Positions 1 through 9,148 of a stretch of DNA of 29,859 bases are shown here, in pieces (position 1 is the first letter of the stretch; every line of letters begins with the position of its first letter). The stretch lies in NCBI GenBank assembly GCA_038241595.1, contig JBBSSY010000001.1:1-29859 (forward strand), given 5' to 3'. The DNA comes from Chitinophagales bacterium. GTDB lineage: Bacteria; Bacteroidota; Bacteroidia; Chitinophagales; Chitinophagaceae. The notes under the pieces are model-generated. The model was not told the origin of the DNA. It saw only the letters and a list, made by a program, of their open reading frames with translations, and searched no databases. Made by a program: the position numbers and the translations under genes.

Positions 1-2
1 AA

Positions 3-587
3 GGACTGCACAACGAGGATGAATTACAGGGTTATTTTATAAAACGCGTCGAGAAATACCTGCTCGCCCACAACAAAAAATTATTGGGTTGGGATGACAT
101 AATGGACGGTGGCGTGGCACCTACGGCGACCGTGATGAGCTGGCGCGGCGAGAAAGGAGGCATAGCAGCCGCTAAACAGGGCCATCAGGTAATTATGTCG
201 CCAAGCAATCCGCTGTACTTTAACAGGTACCAGGCCGATCCTGAGCATGAACCGCTGGCGGCCAGCTTTTCGATTAATACGCTGGAGCGGGTGTACCAAT
301 ACGATCCTCAGCCAAACGCACTTACCGACCGGCAAAAGCAATTTATTATTGGCGGGCAGGCTGCCATCTGGACCGAATTCGTTTCATCGGTGGAGCACCT
401 GGAATACATGCTCCTGCCACGGTTGCCGGCCATAGCCGAAGCGTTATGGACACCATTGGAAAAGAAATTATTTACCGGCTTCGTTGATCGCCTTAATCGA
501 TGGCATTTTGACGCATGGCAGCAAAAAGGCATCCGTTTTCATCCGGGCTATTTTACCAGCCGAACCCATGAGGGAAACAGGAAATAA
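3..587 (+). CDS. GH20 beta-N-acetylhexosaminidase, C-terminal part (5' truncated by window edge)
   Basis: Frame 3 is open from base 3: GLHNEDELQGYFIKRVEKYLLAHNKKLLGWDDIMDGG..VMSWRG..LYF..YQ..GGQAAIWTEF..EYMLLPRLPAIAEALW, the GH20 catalytic-barrel C-terminal half. It is collinear with the GH20 at 15116. Confidence 0.93.
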   Translation, partial: GLHNEDELQGYFIKRVEKYLLAHNKKLLGWDDIMDGGVAPTATVMSWRGEKGGIAAAKQGHQVIMSPSNPLYFNRYQADPEHEPLAASFSINTLERVYQYDPQPNALTDRQKQFIIGGQAAIWTEFVSSVEHLEYMLLPRLPAIAEALWTPLEKKLFTGFVDRLNRWHFDAWQQKGIRFHPGYFTSRTHEGNRK

Positions 588-623
588 GGGAAGGGAGCAT
601 TGCAAAATATAAAACGGTATTCT

Positions 624-2165
624 ATGCAAGTAAAAAAGACATGGTCATCAGTGGTAACCATCTGTATGATGTGGGCGATTTGCTCAAATGCAACTGCCCA
701 ACAGGAGCGGCCAAATATTATTTTGTTTTTGGTTGATGATATGGGGTGGATGGATACCTCTGTTCCGTTTGGCGATAGTATGATGCCCTTGAACAAACGC
801 TACCATACGCCCAATATGCAACGCCTGGCAAACGAAGGCATGAAGTTTACCAGTGCCTACGCCGCGCCGGTTTGCACACCCACAAGGGTAAGTTTGCTTA
901 CTGGATTAAACGCAGCCCATCATGGCGTAACCAATTGGACAAGCCCGCAAAAAAATAATTCTACCGACCACCCCGACGACCAGTTTATTGCCGCCAACTG
1001 GAATATAAATGGTTTGTCCAATTCAACCAAAACGCCCCGCACCGTTTATGCTACTACTTACCCGCAACTATTAACGCAGGCGGATTACTACACCATCCAT
1101 GTAGGCAAAGCGCATTGGGGCTCCGCCGGTACACCAGGCGCCAATCCCCATAACCTGGGCTTTATGGTAAATATTTCTGGCCATGCCGCCGGTCACCCGC
1201 AAAGCTACCTGGCTACGGACAACTATGGCAACAAGCCTGGTAAGGCCACTGCCCAGGCTGTTCCCGATCTTGAAGAATATTACGGCACCGATACCTTTTT
1301 AACCGAAGCGCTTACCCTGGAGGCCATCAAAGCGCTTGAAACGCCCATCAAACATAAACAGCCATTCTACTTGAACATGTCGCATTATGCGGTGCACATT
1401 CCTATAATGGCCGATAAACGATTTGTTCAAAAGTACTATGATGCGGGACTCGATTCAACCGAAGCGGGCTACGCCAGTCTGTTAGAGGGAATGGATAAAA
1501 GCCTGGGCGACATTATGGACTTCCTGCAAGCCAAAGGCATAGAAAAGAATACCATCATTATTTTTATGAGCGATAATGGTGGACTGAGTTACGCGCCTCC
1601 GCGCGGCGGTAAACCGCATACACAAAACCTGCCGCTGAAGGCTGGTAAAGGATCGGTTTACGAGGGTGGCATCCGTGAGCCAATGATTGTGAAATGGCCG
1701 GGCGTTGTGAAGCCTGCTTCCATATCGCTACAGCCGGTGATTGTGGAAGATTTCTTTCCGACAATATTACAGATGGCTGGTATCAGCAACTATAAATCGA
1801 TACAAAAAATAGATGGCGAAAGCTTTGTGGCTATCTTGAAAAACAACCGCTATCTGGATTCGATGCGAACCTTTACGTGGCATTTTCCCAACAAATGGCA
1901 GCCGCAGGATGGTCCGGGCATTAACTACAAATCTGCCATCAGGCAGGGCAACTGGAAGCTTATTTACAACATGCGAGACGGCAGCAAAGAGCTGTACAAC
2001 CTTGCCGCCGACCTGGGCGAAAGCAACGAGTTGTCTAAGCAGTATCCGCAAAAAGTGGCTACTCTTGGTAAGCTGCTTGCTGATAAATTAAGAAAATGGC
2101 AGGCACCAATGCCGCTGTTTAAAATCAATGGCAAACCGGTGCCCTTTGCAGATGAAGTACACTAA
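624..2165 (+). CDS. S1 family sulfatase (Cys-type, CxPxR), Sec-exported; possibly S1_16-like (unverified)
   Basis: RPNIILFLVDDMGW metal motif, CTPTRVSLLTG signature, GKAH, SHYAVH, FMSDNGG and YEGGIREP. Signal peptide ends NATA-QQ. ATG at 624 preferred over TTG at 600. Confidence 0.93.
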   Translation: MQVKKTWSSVVTICMMWAICSNATAQQERPNIILFLVDDMGWMDTSVPFGDSMMPLNKRYHTPNMQRLANEGMKFTSAYAAPVCTPTRVSLLTGLNAAHHGVTNWTSPQKNNSTDHPDDQFIAANWNINGLSNSTKTPRTVYATTYPQLLTQADYYTIHVGKAHWGSAGTPGANPHNLGFMVNISGHAAGHPQSYLATDNYGNKPGKATAQAVPDLEEYYGTDTFLTEALTLEAIKALETPIKHKQPFYLNMSHYAVHIPIMADKRFVQKYYDAGLDSTEAGYASLLEGMDKSLGDIMDFLQAKGIEKNTIIIFMSDNGGLSYAPPRGGKPHTQNLPLKAGKGSVYEGGIREPMIVKWPGVVKPASISLQPVIVEDFFPTILQMAGISNYKSIQKIDGESFVAILKNNRYLDSMRTFTWHFPNKWQPQDGPGINYKSAIRQGNWKLIYNMRDGSKELYNLAADLGESNELSKQYPQKVATLGKLLADKLRKWQAPMPLFKINGKPVPFADEVH

Positions 2166-2222
2166 AGCTTGAATGTCAATGTTAAGAAAGCACACCATAA
2201 CCCGTTAAAACAATAGTCAATT

Positions 2223-3737
2223 ATGAAAGCAATAATGGTCGTATCGATGATTTTGGCATCGTACATCGCAGCAGCCCAGCAACGGCCCAACATCGTCATC
2301 ATCGTTTCCGACGATCATGCCTATCAGGCCATCAGCGCCTATGGCAGCAAGCTGATGCAAACACCGGCCATTGATCGCATTGCCAAAGAAGGCGTCATTT
2401 TAAAAAAGGCTTATGTTACCAATTCGATCTGCGGTCCCAGCCGGGCAGTCTTATTAACAGGTAAGTACAGCAATAAAAACGGGTTTAAAGACAATGAGCA
2501 TTCCCGCTTTGATGGCAACCAGGATTCGTTTATCAAGCAACTGCGGAGCAGCGGCTACACCACCGCGTGGATAGGCAAGTGGCACCTGGAAACCAAACCG
2601 CAGGGCTTTGACTTTTGGCAGATATTGCCCGGCCAGGGACAGTATTACAATCCCGATTTTATCATGATGGACAGCAGCATCAAGCGTATCGACGGCTATG
2701 CCTCCAACGTTATAGAAGACGTCGCAGAAAACTGGCTGGACAAGCGCGAGGAAAGCAAACCATTTTGCCTGGTAATCGGGCACAAAGCCACGCACCGTAC
2801 CTGGATACCCGACACCGAAGACATGGGCCTGTTCGATAAGGTTACTTTTCCATTGCCGCCAAATTTTTATGATAATTACGCCGGTAGAGAAGCGGCAAAA
2901 GTGCAGGACATGACCATCGCCAAAACCTTAATTATGGGTTACGACCTAAAAATGTTCGACAGCGACGCGGCGGCGGATAAAGAAGGAGGTGTCAAGAGAA
3001 TGAACCCTGCGCAACGGGCAAAGTTCGATGCGTACTACAAGCCAATATATGCGGATCTGAAAGCCCGCAACTTAACCGGCAACGCCCTTACGGAATGGAA
3101 GTTTCAACGCTACATGCGGGATTACCTGAGTACCGCCGCCTCGCTCGACCGCAACATTGGCCGCACCCTTGAATATCTAGACAAACACCAGCTTGCAAAA
3201 AACACCATCGTCATTTACCTGTCCGACCAGGGATTTTTTATGGGTGAACATGGCTGGTTCGATAAGCGTTGGATGTATGAAGAATCGTTCCGTACGCCCA
3301 TGGTAATGCGGTACCCCGGCGTAATCAAACCCGGTACGGTCAGCAACGATTTTGTGATGAATCTTGACATCGCGCCAACCGTGCTGGATGCGGCCGGTGT
3401 TGCTATTCCACAAGACATGCAAGGCCAGTCGATGCTGCCTGTTCTCAACAAAACCGCGAAGGGCCGCGACGTGATGTATTATCATTATTACGAGAATGGC
3501 GAGCATGCGGTGTCGCCGCAATTTGGCATTAAAACGAAGCGCTACAAACTCATTCGTTTTTACAAAAGGGTCAACAGTTGGGAGATGTACGACTTGCAAA
3601 AGGATCCGCATGAAATGCACAACCTGTACGGCAAAAAAGGGTATGAACAGGTTACAGGCGATCTGCACAAACAGTTATTGCAGACTATTGATAAGTACGA
3701 AGACGACGATGCCAGGCAGGTATTAAACAGTAAGTAA
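2223..3737 (+). CDS. S1 family sulfatase (Cys-type), S1_11/mucin-desulfating GlcNAc-6-sulfatase-like
   Basis: RPNIVIIVSDDH, TNSICGPSRAVLLTGKYS, GKWHL, HKATHR, SDQGFFMGEHGWFDKRWMYEES. Signal peptide ends AAA-QQ. Confidence 0.92.
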   Translation: MKAIMVVSMILASYIAAAQQRPNIVIIVSDDHAYQAISAYGSKLMQTPAIDRIAKEGVILKKAYVTNSICGPSRAVLLTGKYSNKNGFKDNEHSRFDGNQDSFIKQLRSSGYTTAWIGKWHLETKPQGFDFWQILPGQGQYYNPDFIMMDSSIKRIDGYASNVIEDVAENWLDKREESKPFCLVIGHKATHRTWIPDTEDMGLFDKVTFPLPPNFYDNYAGREAAKVQDMTIAKTLIMGYDLKMFDSDAAADKEGGVKRMNPAQRAKFDAYYKPIYADLKARNLTGNALTEWKFQRYMRDYLSTAASLDRNIGRTLEYLDKHQLAKNTIVIYLSDQGFFMGEHGWFDKRWMYEESFRTPMVMRYPGVIKPGTVSNDFVMNLDIAPTVLDAAGVAIPQDMQGQSMLPVLNKTAKGRDVMYYHYYENGEHAVSPQFGIKTKRYKLIRFYKRVNSWEMYDLQKDPHEMHNLYGKKGYEQVTGDLHKQLLQTIDKYEDDDARQVLNSK

Positions 3738-3746
3738 ACCGGATGC

Positions 3747-3772
3747 ACACGTATAGACTGCGTGTCTTTTTT
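3747..3772 (+). terminator. Weak intrinsic terminator-like hairpin
   Basis: ACACGTA-tagac-TGCGTGT (7 bp, one G-U pair) followed by C and T6. Confidence 0.4.
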
Positions 3773-3799
3773 AATCACAAAATATAAAACTAAACAGCA

Positions 3800-6700
3800 A
3801 TGAGAAAGATAATTACAAGACTTATGCTTTGCATGTTGCTAAGTATATGCATGGCGGTGGCTATGGCCCAGCAAAAAAAGATTACAGGAACCGTCAAAGA
3901 CGATAACGGCAATCCTTTAATCGGCGCAACTTACCATGTAAAGGGTACAAACATCAATGGCGCCACCGATAGTAACGGAAATTTTTCGATAACGGTAAAT
4001 GGGGCAAATGCAGTACTGGAATTCACGACGGTAAACTTTGTCGCTAAAGAAGTACAAGTTGGTAACAGCAACATTTTACATGTGGTTTTATCAGCCAGCA
4101 ACAACAAACTGGACGAGGTAGTGGTTACGGCTTTTGGGGTGGGCAAGCAAAACAAAAAGCTTGGCTATGCCGTCACCACCATAAAGGGAGAAGATATTAC
4201 CCGAACAAATACTGTTAACCCAATTACTGCCTTACAAGGCAAGGTGGCTGGTGTGAATGTAAATGTTATGTCGGCAAGTGGTGTTCAAACATCTCCATTT
4301 ATTCAAATCAGGGGTTCTAAAGTTTTAGGAAAACCCGGCCAAAACTCCAACCAGCCAATTTTTGTGATTGATGGAAACGTATTGGAGAACAACACTTTTG
4401 ATGCGGATAACGCTGATGGCGGTTCGCAATTAAAAAATCTTAATCCGGATGATTATGAAGCCATCACGGTTTTAAAAGGCGCCGCGGCAACATCGGTTTA
4501 TGGTTCGCGTGGCATCAATGGCGCGATAGTAATTACCACAAAAAAGGGGAAAGCGGGCCAGGGTTTGGGCGTTGAATTTAACAGCACTTATTCAAACCAG
4601 CATATATACAAAGCTCCGATGGCTTACCAAAATACCTACGGCCAGGGCAGCTGGTCTGCCGCCGAAGGTAACTTCAGGCCCGACGGTACCGTGATTCAGA
4701 CTATGGGAAGTTGGGGTACGAAAATGGACGGTAGTTTGCACCCGGCTGTGTCTAATTTCGACAAAAAGGTTCCGTATTCACCACAACCCGATAACTGGAA
4801 AGTGTTTTATCAGGATGGAGCCTATATAAATAACAACCTGGCGTTGACAGGTGGTACGGAAAAATTTGGCTTTCGCATGTCGTATTCCAACAACCAGGCA
4901 ACCGGTACCCTGCCCAATAACGCTATGACAAGAAATGCTGTTGATTTAAAGATGAATGGCCAGTTAAATAAAGTGTTTTCAACCGAGTTGGGTGTTTCTT
5001 ATGCAAACACGGTGGCGCGTAACTTTTATTCACAAGGCCGTTACTATTTCGGCGGTGGCCAAAATCTCGGTTTCAATACGTATTATCTGCCGCGTAATAT
5101 AGATACCAAAGACTGGTATGCTACGTACAGGGCTGCAGATAATACTCCGGACTTGATCCATGCTTATGGGAACCTGTCAGCAGTGGTGAACGCATTTTCA
5201 AGATTTGATAAAAATAATTATTACCGTTACGAAAATTCTGTATTGGCCTACACCCAATTAAAAGCGCAGGTAGCTCCCTGGTTGGATTTTTCGGCAAGAG
5301 CCAACGTCAACTATTACAAAATATTTACAGAAGAAAAAAACCTGGGCAATGAGAAAGCTAACCGCGGCGGATATTACAGCGTAGGGGGCAACTATTCAAA
5401 CGATTACACTTTATTGTTCATGGGTCATGCCACCAAAGCGTTCAATGACGATTTTTCTGCTGATTTCAGGGTTATAAATGAAGTATATGGAAACAGGCAG
5501 GGGGAATCGTACAGTGCCAGTTCCAATGGTGGGTTAAGTGTTCCCAACCAGTTTTTTCTTGGCAATTCAGTTAACAACATACAAAACAACATCAAGTACG
5601 GCTACACAAAACCCTCCCGGCTAACCGTTGGTTTAGCAGGTATTTTAAACCTGAACTATAAACGATATCTAAATCTTGAAATCACAGGACGTAACGATTG
5701 GTTAAGTACCCTTACGTATCCCTACGCGGTCATTGGCGGGAATAACAATTATACGGTGTTTTACCCTTCGGTAAATGCTTCCTATTCTTTCGTCGACCAT
5801 TTTGCTGACGATATGCCAACCTGGTTGTCCTCCGGCAGGCTAAGGGCATCTCTTGCCTATGTAGGTAACTCCGGCATTGCCGGCGCTTATGCCACCGGTA
5901 GCGGTTATGTACCTGCCACTACTTACAATCAAAACGGACAATCGGTTGGATTGGCCACTCAATACAGAGCCAACATCAAACCCAATCTTAATCTGAAACC
6001 ACAGGTGCAGCGTTCTATAGAGCTTGGTACCAACTTCGGTTTGTTTAAGGAAAAGGTAAATGTGGATTTTGCATGGTACAAAACCAATACTTTCGACCAG
6101 TTGCTCGAATTGGGTGGTGTACCCGAAACCGGTTACAATACCATGTTTGTAAACGCAGGTAACATTCAAAACAAGGGCTGGGAATTGTTGGTAAATTATT
6201 CGCCCATACGCCAAAAGGATTTTGGTCTTGACCTGTCGGTGAACATGGCAAGCAATAAAAGTAAAATCATTGAATTTGGTAATGGCATTAAGCAATGGGA
6301 GCTGAGCGGCGGTTATGATGGCGCCAATGTATACGCCTATGAGGGCGGTGCCTTCGGAATTCTTACTTCAGAATCATCGGCTTCTGTTAAACACGATTCT
6401 AAAACGGGTTTCCCTTTGGTAACAGTTGGTGGCCGCAATGTAAACACCAATGCGTTGGATAAAAGAGATTTTCAATTATACGAATACGTTTCCAATACAG
6501 ATGCTGACGGCGCTGCACAAATCGGAAAAATTGAACCAAGCCTGACGGGTGGTGTAAGTGCTACGCTACGCTATAAAAACTTCTCCTTGTTTACACAGGT
6601 TGATGGCAGGTTTGGCGGCTGGGTATATTCCGAAGCATTGAACTATGCCATGGCACAGGGAACGCCTGAAGCATCATTGCAATGGCGCGACCAGGAGCAT

Positions 6701-7189
6701 GGTGGCGTTCAACGAATAGACTCATACAACGGTGCAAAAAGATATGACGGCGCCCTGCCAAACGTTGTATTTGCCGAGGGTCAGGTGAGCAAGATACGGC
6801 CAGGTGTCAGTGTTGCGGGAATGACTTTTAAAGAAGCATACGACCAGGGATTGGTGGAACCCTGGAAAGCGTCAGCCTATTATGTTTATTCATTTGGTTT
6901 TGGTACCAACATCAATAGCGTAAACAACATAAGCACCGCCAAAAATTCGTGGGTGATGATGCGTGAGGTGACCTTGGGATACAAACTGCCTGTTGGGGTA
7001 CTCGGTAAAACATTTTTAAGAGGTGCGCGGTTTAGCTTATCAGCCCGCAACATTGGTTACTTGTACAAAACATTGCCAGGCGGTCAAAACCCCGAGGCAC
7101 TGCAAAGTAACGACCCTTTCCGCCCCTACATCACCGGTGGTGTACCCTTTACGCGTAATTACGCCGCAACCATTAACATATCACTCTAA
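3800..7189 (+). CDS. susC: SusC/RagA TonB-dependent transporter (no STN domain)
   Basis: CarboxypepD_reg-like N-domain (ITGTVKDDNGNPLIGAT), LDEVVVTAFG, plug motif NPDDYEAITVLKGAAATSVYGSRGINGAIVITTKKG, beta-barrel C-terminus; adjacent susD. Confidence 0.97.
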   Translation: MRKIITRLMLCMLLSICMAVAMAQQKKITGTVKDDNGNPLIGATYHVKGTNINGATDSNGNFSITVNGANAVLEFTTVNFVAKEVQVGNSNILHVVLSASNNKLDEVVVTAFGVGKQNKKLGYAVTTIKGEDITRTNTVNPITALQGKVAGVNVNVMSASGVQTSPFIQIRGSKVLGKPGQNSNQPIFVIDGNVLENNTFDADNADGGSQLKNLNPDDYEAITVLKGAAATSVYGSRGINGAIVITTKKGKAGQGLGVEFNSTYSNQHIYKAPMAYQNTYGQGSWSAAEGNFRPDGTVIQTMGSWGTKMDGSLHPAVSNFDKKVPYSPQPDNWKVFYQDGAYINNNLALTGGTEKFGFRMSYSNNQATGTLPNNAMTRNAVDLKMNGQLNKVFSTELGVSYANTVARNFYSQGRYYFGGGQNLGFNTYYLPRNIDTKDWYATYRAADNTPDLIHAYGNLSAVVNAFSRFDKNNYYRYENSVLAYTQLKAQVAPWLDFSARANVNYYKIFTEEKNLGNEKANRGGYYSVGGNYSNDYTLLFMGHATKAFNDDFSADFRVINEVYGNRQGESYSASSNGGLSVPNQFFLGNSVNNIQNNIKYGYTKPSRLTVGLAGILNLNYKRYLNLEITGRNDWLSTLTYPYAVIGGNNNYTVFYPSVNASYSFVDHFADDMPTWLSSGRLRASLAYVGNSGIAGAYATGSGYVPATTYNQNGQSVGLATQYRANIKPNLNLKPQVQRSIELGTNFGLFKEKVNVDFAWYKTNTFDQLLELGGVPETGYNTMFVNAGNIQNKGWELLVNYSPIRQKDFGLDLSVNMASNKSKIIEFGNGIKQWELSGGYDGANVYAYEGGAFGILTSESSASVKHDSKTGFPLVTVGGRNVNTNALDKRDFQLYEYVSNTDADGAAQIGKIEPSLTGGVSATLRYKNFSLFTQVDGRFGGWVYSEALNYAMAQGTPEASLQWRDQEHGGVQRIDSYNGAKRYDGALPNVVFAEGQVSKIRPGVSVAGMTFKEAYDQGLVEPWKASAYYVYSFGFGTNINSVNNISTAKNSWVMMREVTLGYKLPVGVLGKTFLRGARFSLSARNIGYLYKTLPGGQNPEALQSNDPFRPYITGGVPFTRNYAATINISL

Positions 7190-7208
7190 TTATTTTCAAT
7201 TTAAGACA

Positions 7209-9032
7209 ATGAAGAATATATATAAATACATCATTGCTTTGCTGGCGGTAGCCTGTTTGTCTCAATCGTGTAAAAAACAAATGATTGAACTCAATACAAA
7301 TCCCAATCTGCTAAACGATGCCGCGCCTGAATATCTTTTTACCGGCGCTACTGCCGACATGGGAGTAACTTCAAGAGATAGAACTTCAAAGAAGTATGCT
7401 ACTACGATGACCTGGATGCAGTACGTGGTACCCGAAGGCACCAGTACAGACGCATTGGTAAAATTTTACTGGAAACCTGGATCGGGACCAACACAGGGCC
7501 CAATTCCCGGTTTTACTTACTACACCGACTATTTCTCTGCTGCGGGCAGGGATATGAACCGGATTATAAATAAGATTGACAATATGAACGACGCCGACAA
7601 GGAAAAATACAAGGGGTTACGTGCCATTTGTCAAACAGTCGACGTTTTCCAGGCCTGGCGGGTAGCCGATATTTACGGCGCCTTACCGTACAAGGAAGCT
7701 TTTTTGCCCGATGAATATTCAATGCCACAGTACGATTATAACTGGGATCTCTACAAAGTTTTTGAAACAAAGCTGAAGGCAGCAGCCACTGTGTTGTCAG
7801 CTTCCGGTTCCGCACAACTTGCTTTAGGTAACCAGGATATGTTTTTTGGTGGTGATTACACTAAATGGCTGGGATTTGCGAATAGCCTGCGCATAAAAAT
7901 TGCACAACGCTTCGAAAAGCGCGATGCCGCACAGCTGACTGCTGTGTTAACTGACATCGCCGGCAATTTTGCCGGTAAAATTATGTCGGCTAATGATGGA
8001 TCCTTTGCAATAAACAATACCCGCGACTGGAACAACAATGTGGATGATATCAACACAATTCTGTTTAGCTACAATGCGGCGTTTCCCTTTGTGCAGCAGC
8101 TAAAAGCTACAAACGACCCGCGTATCAGTTTTATGGTGCGTCAAAACGACTTTGGCACCAATTCAAAACAGTACAGGAGAGTGCAGGATCTGGGTACACC
8201 TGCTTCTAAAGCGGCCTTGTTACTTCCCGAAAACCAGGAGCGTTATGCAGGCAAGCATGCTACGCCTGCTTCGGCCGGCAATACAGACTATGGCACTGCT
8301 GGTGGCAACAGGTACAAAACATTTGCCCTTACCGGTTCTAACGGCAACCAAACGCTGAGCTATCAGTCTGCTATCCAGTCAAGGTTGTTTATAAAGAATG
8401 GTGGTTTTGGTGGATTTAATGCACTGTCATCCCGCGATTTGATGTACGATGATGAAAGCTTTGTGGATGGTTCTACGATTAAGATGAAAACCTATTATAT
8501 CTCGTATCCTGACGTATGTTTCATGATGGCCGAAATTGCTGCCAAAGGTGGCAACGGTTTGGGTAAAACCGCGGAAGCGTGGTACAGGGCCGGGGTCACC
8601 GCATCGTTCGACTTGTACAAGCAAATGGCTGTTGCTACAAATGTACCCGGAGCAACTTCCGTTACAGCGGGCTCATTTGCCACTACCATTCCGTATACCG
8701 GTTTGCCTGGTATATATACACAACAATGGGTAAATAACCTGCTTACCCCCGATGAGGCATGGGCCACCTGGAAACGTACTGGCTATCCTCAATTCACTGA
8801 TGTTCGTTCAACAAGCAATGGACTGATCGGCACAAGCAGCATTGCTTACCTGGAAAATCTTTGGGATGGTGGTGAGAATATGCTAATTACACGCAGAGAT
8901 GCATTGCAAATGACTTCAACGATAAATCAGCCAAATTTTGTTTCAGCGGTTGAAGCGCAAAAAAACAAGGATGCATCCTACGGAGCTTCTTCTACAGATA
9001 CTAAAGGACGCATTTGGTGGGATAAACAATAG
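7209..9032 (+). CDS. susD: SusD/RagB-like outer-membrane lipoprotein (607 aa)
   Basis: ATG at 7209, 19 nt after the susC stop. Lipobox LSQS-C then KKQMIELNTNPN; DIYGALPY, W..FANSLRIKIAQR and EAWATWKRTGYP..RIWWD are SusD-like features. Confidence 0.92.
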   Translation: MKNIYKYIIALLAVACLSQSCKKQMIELNTNPNLLNDAAPEYLFTGATADMGVTSRDRTSKKYATTMTWMQYVVPEGTSTDALVKFYWKPGSGPTQGPIPGFTYYTDYFSAAGRDMNRIINKIDNMNDADKEKYKGLRAICQTVDVFQAWRVADIYGALPYKEAFLPDEYSMPQYDYNWDLYKVFETKLKAAATVLSASGSAQLALGNQDMFFGGDYTKWLGFANSLRIKIAQRFEKRDAAQLTAVLTDIAGNFAGKIMSANDGSFAINNTRDWNNNVDDINTILFSYNAAFPFVQQLKATNDPRISFMVRQNDFGTNSKQYRRVQDLGTPASKAALLLPENQERYAGKHATPASAGNTDYGTAGGNRYKTFALTGSNGNQTLSYQSAIQSRLFIKNGGFGGFNALSSRDLMYDDESFVDGSTIKMKTYYISYPDVCFMMAEIAAKGGNGLGKTAEAWYRAGVTASFDLYKQMAVATNVPGATSVTAGSFATTIPYTGLPGIYTQQWVNNLLTPDEAWATWKRTGYPQFTDVRSTSNGLIGTSSIAYLENLWDGGENMLITRRDALQMTSTINQPNFVSAVEAQKNKDASYGASSTDTKGRIWWDKQ

Positions 9033-9148
9033 TCGTATCACAGGCCTGTATCCATCAATAGTAGGAAGATGACGATTAATAAAAGCTTTTAACGACTAAC
9101 AAACCAGGCAACAGCAGGATTCTTTGATAAAATTTAAGAACTGAAAAG

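Noticed and set aside
600-623. TTG start for the first sulfatase
   Set aside because: The in-frame ATG at 624 gives a more normal signal peptide length; the true start is not provable from sequence alone.
7023-7208. 669-aa version of SusD-1 starting inside susC
   Set aside because: It overlaps the susC 3' end by about 165 nt, and the lipoprotein signal begins at ATG 7209.
9040-9049. Perfect palindrome ACAGGCCTGT after susD-1
   Set aside because: Only 10 bp, no loop or U-tract, and plausible by chance.
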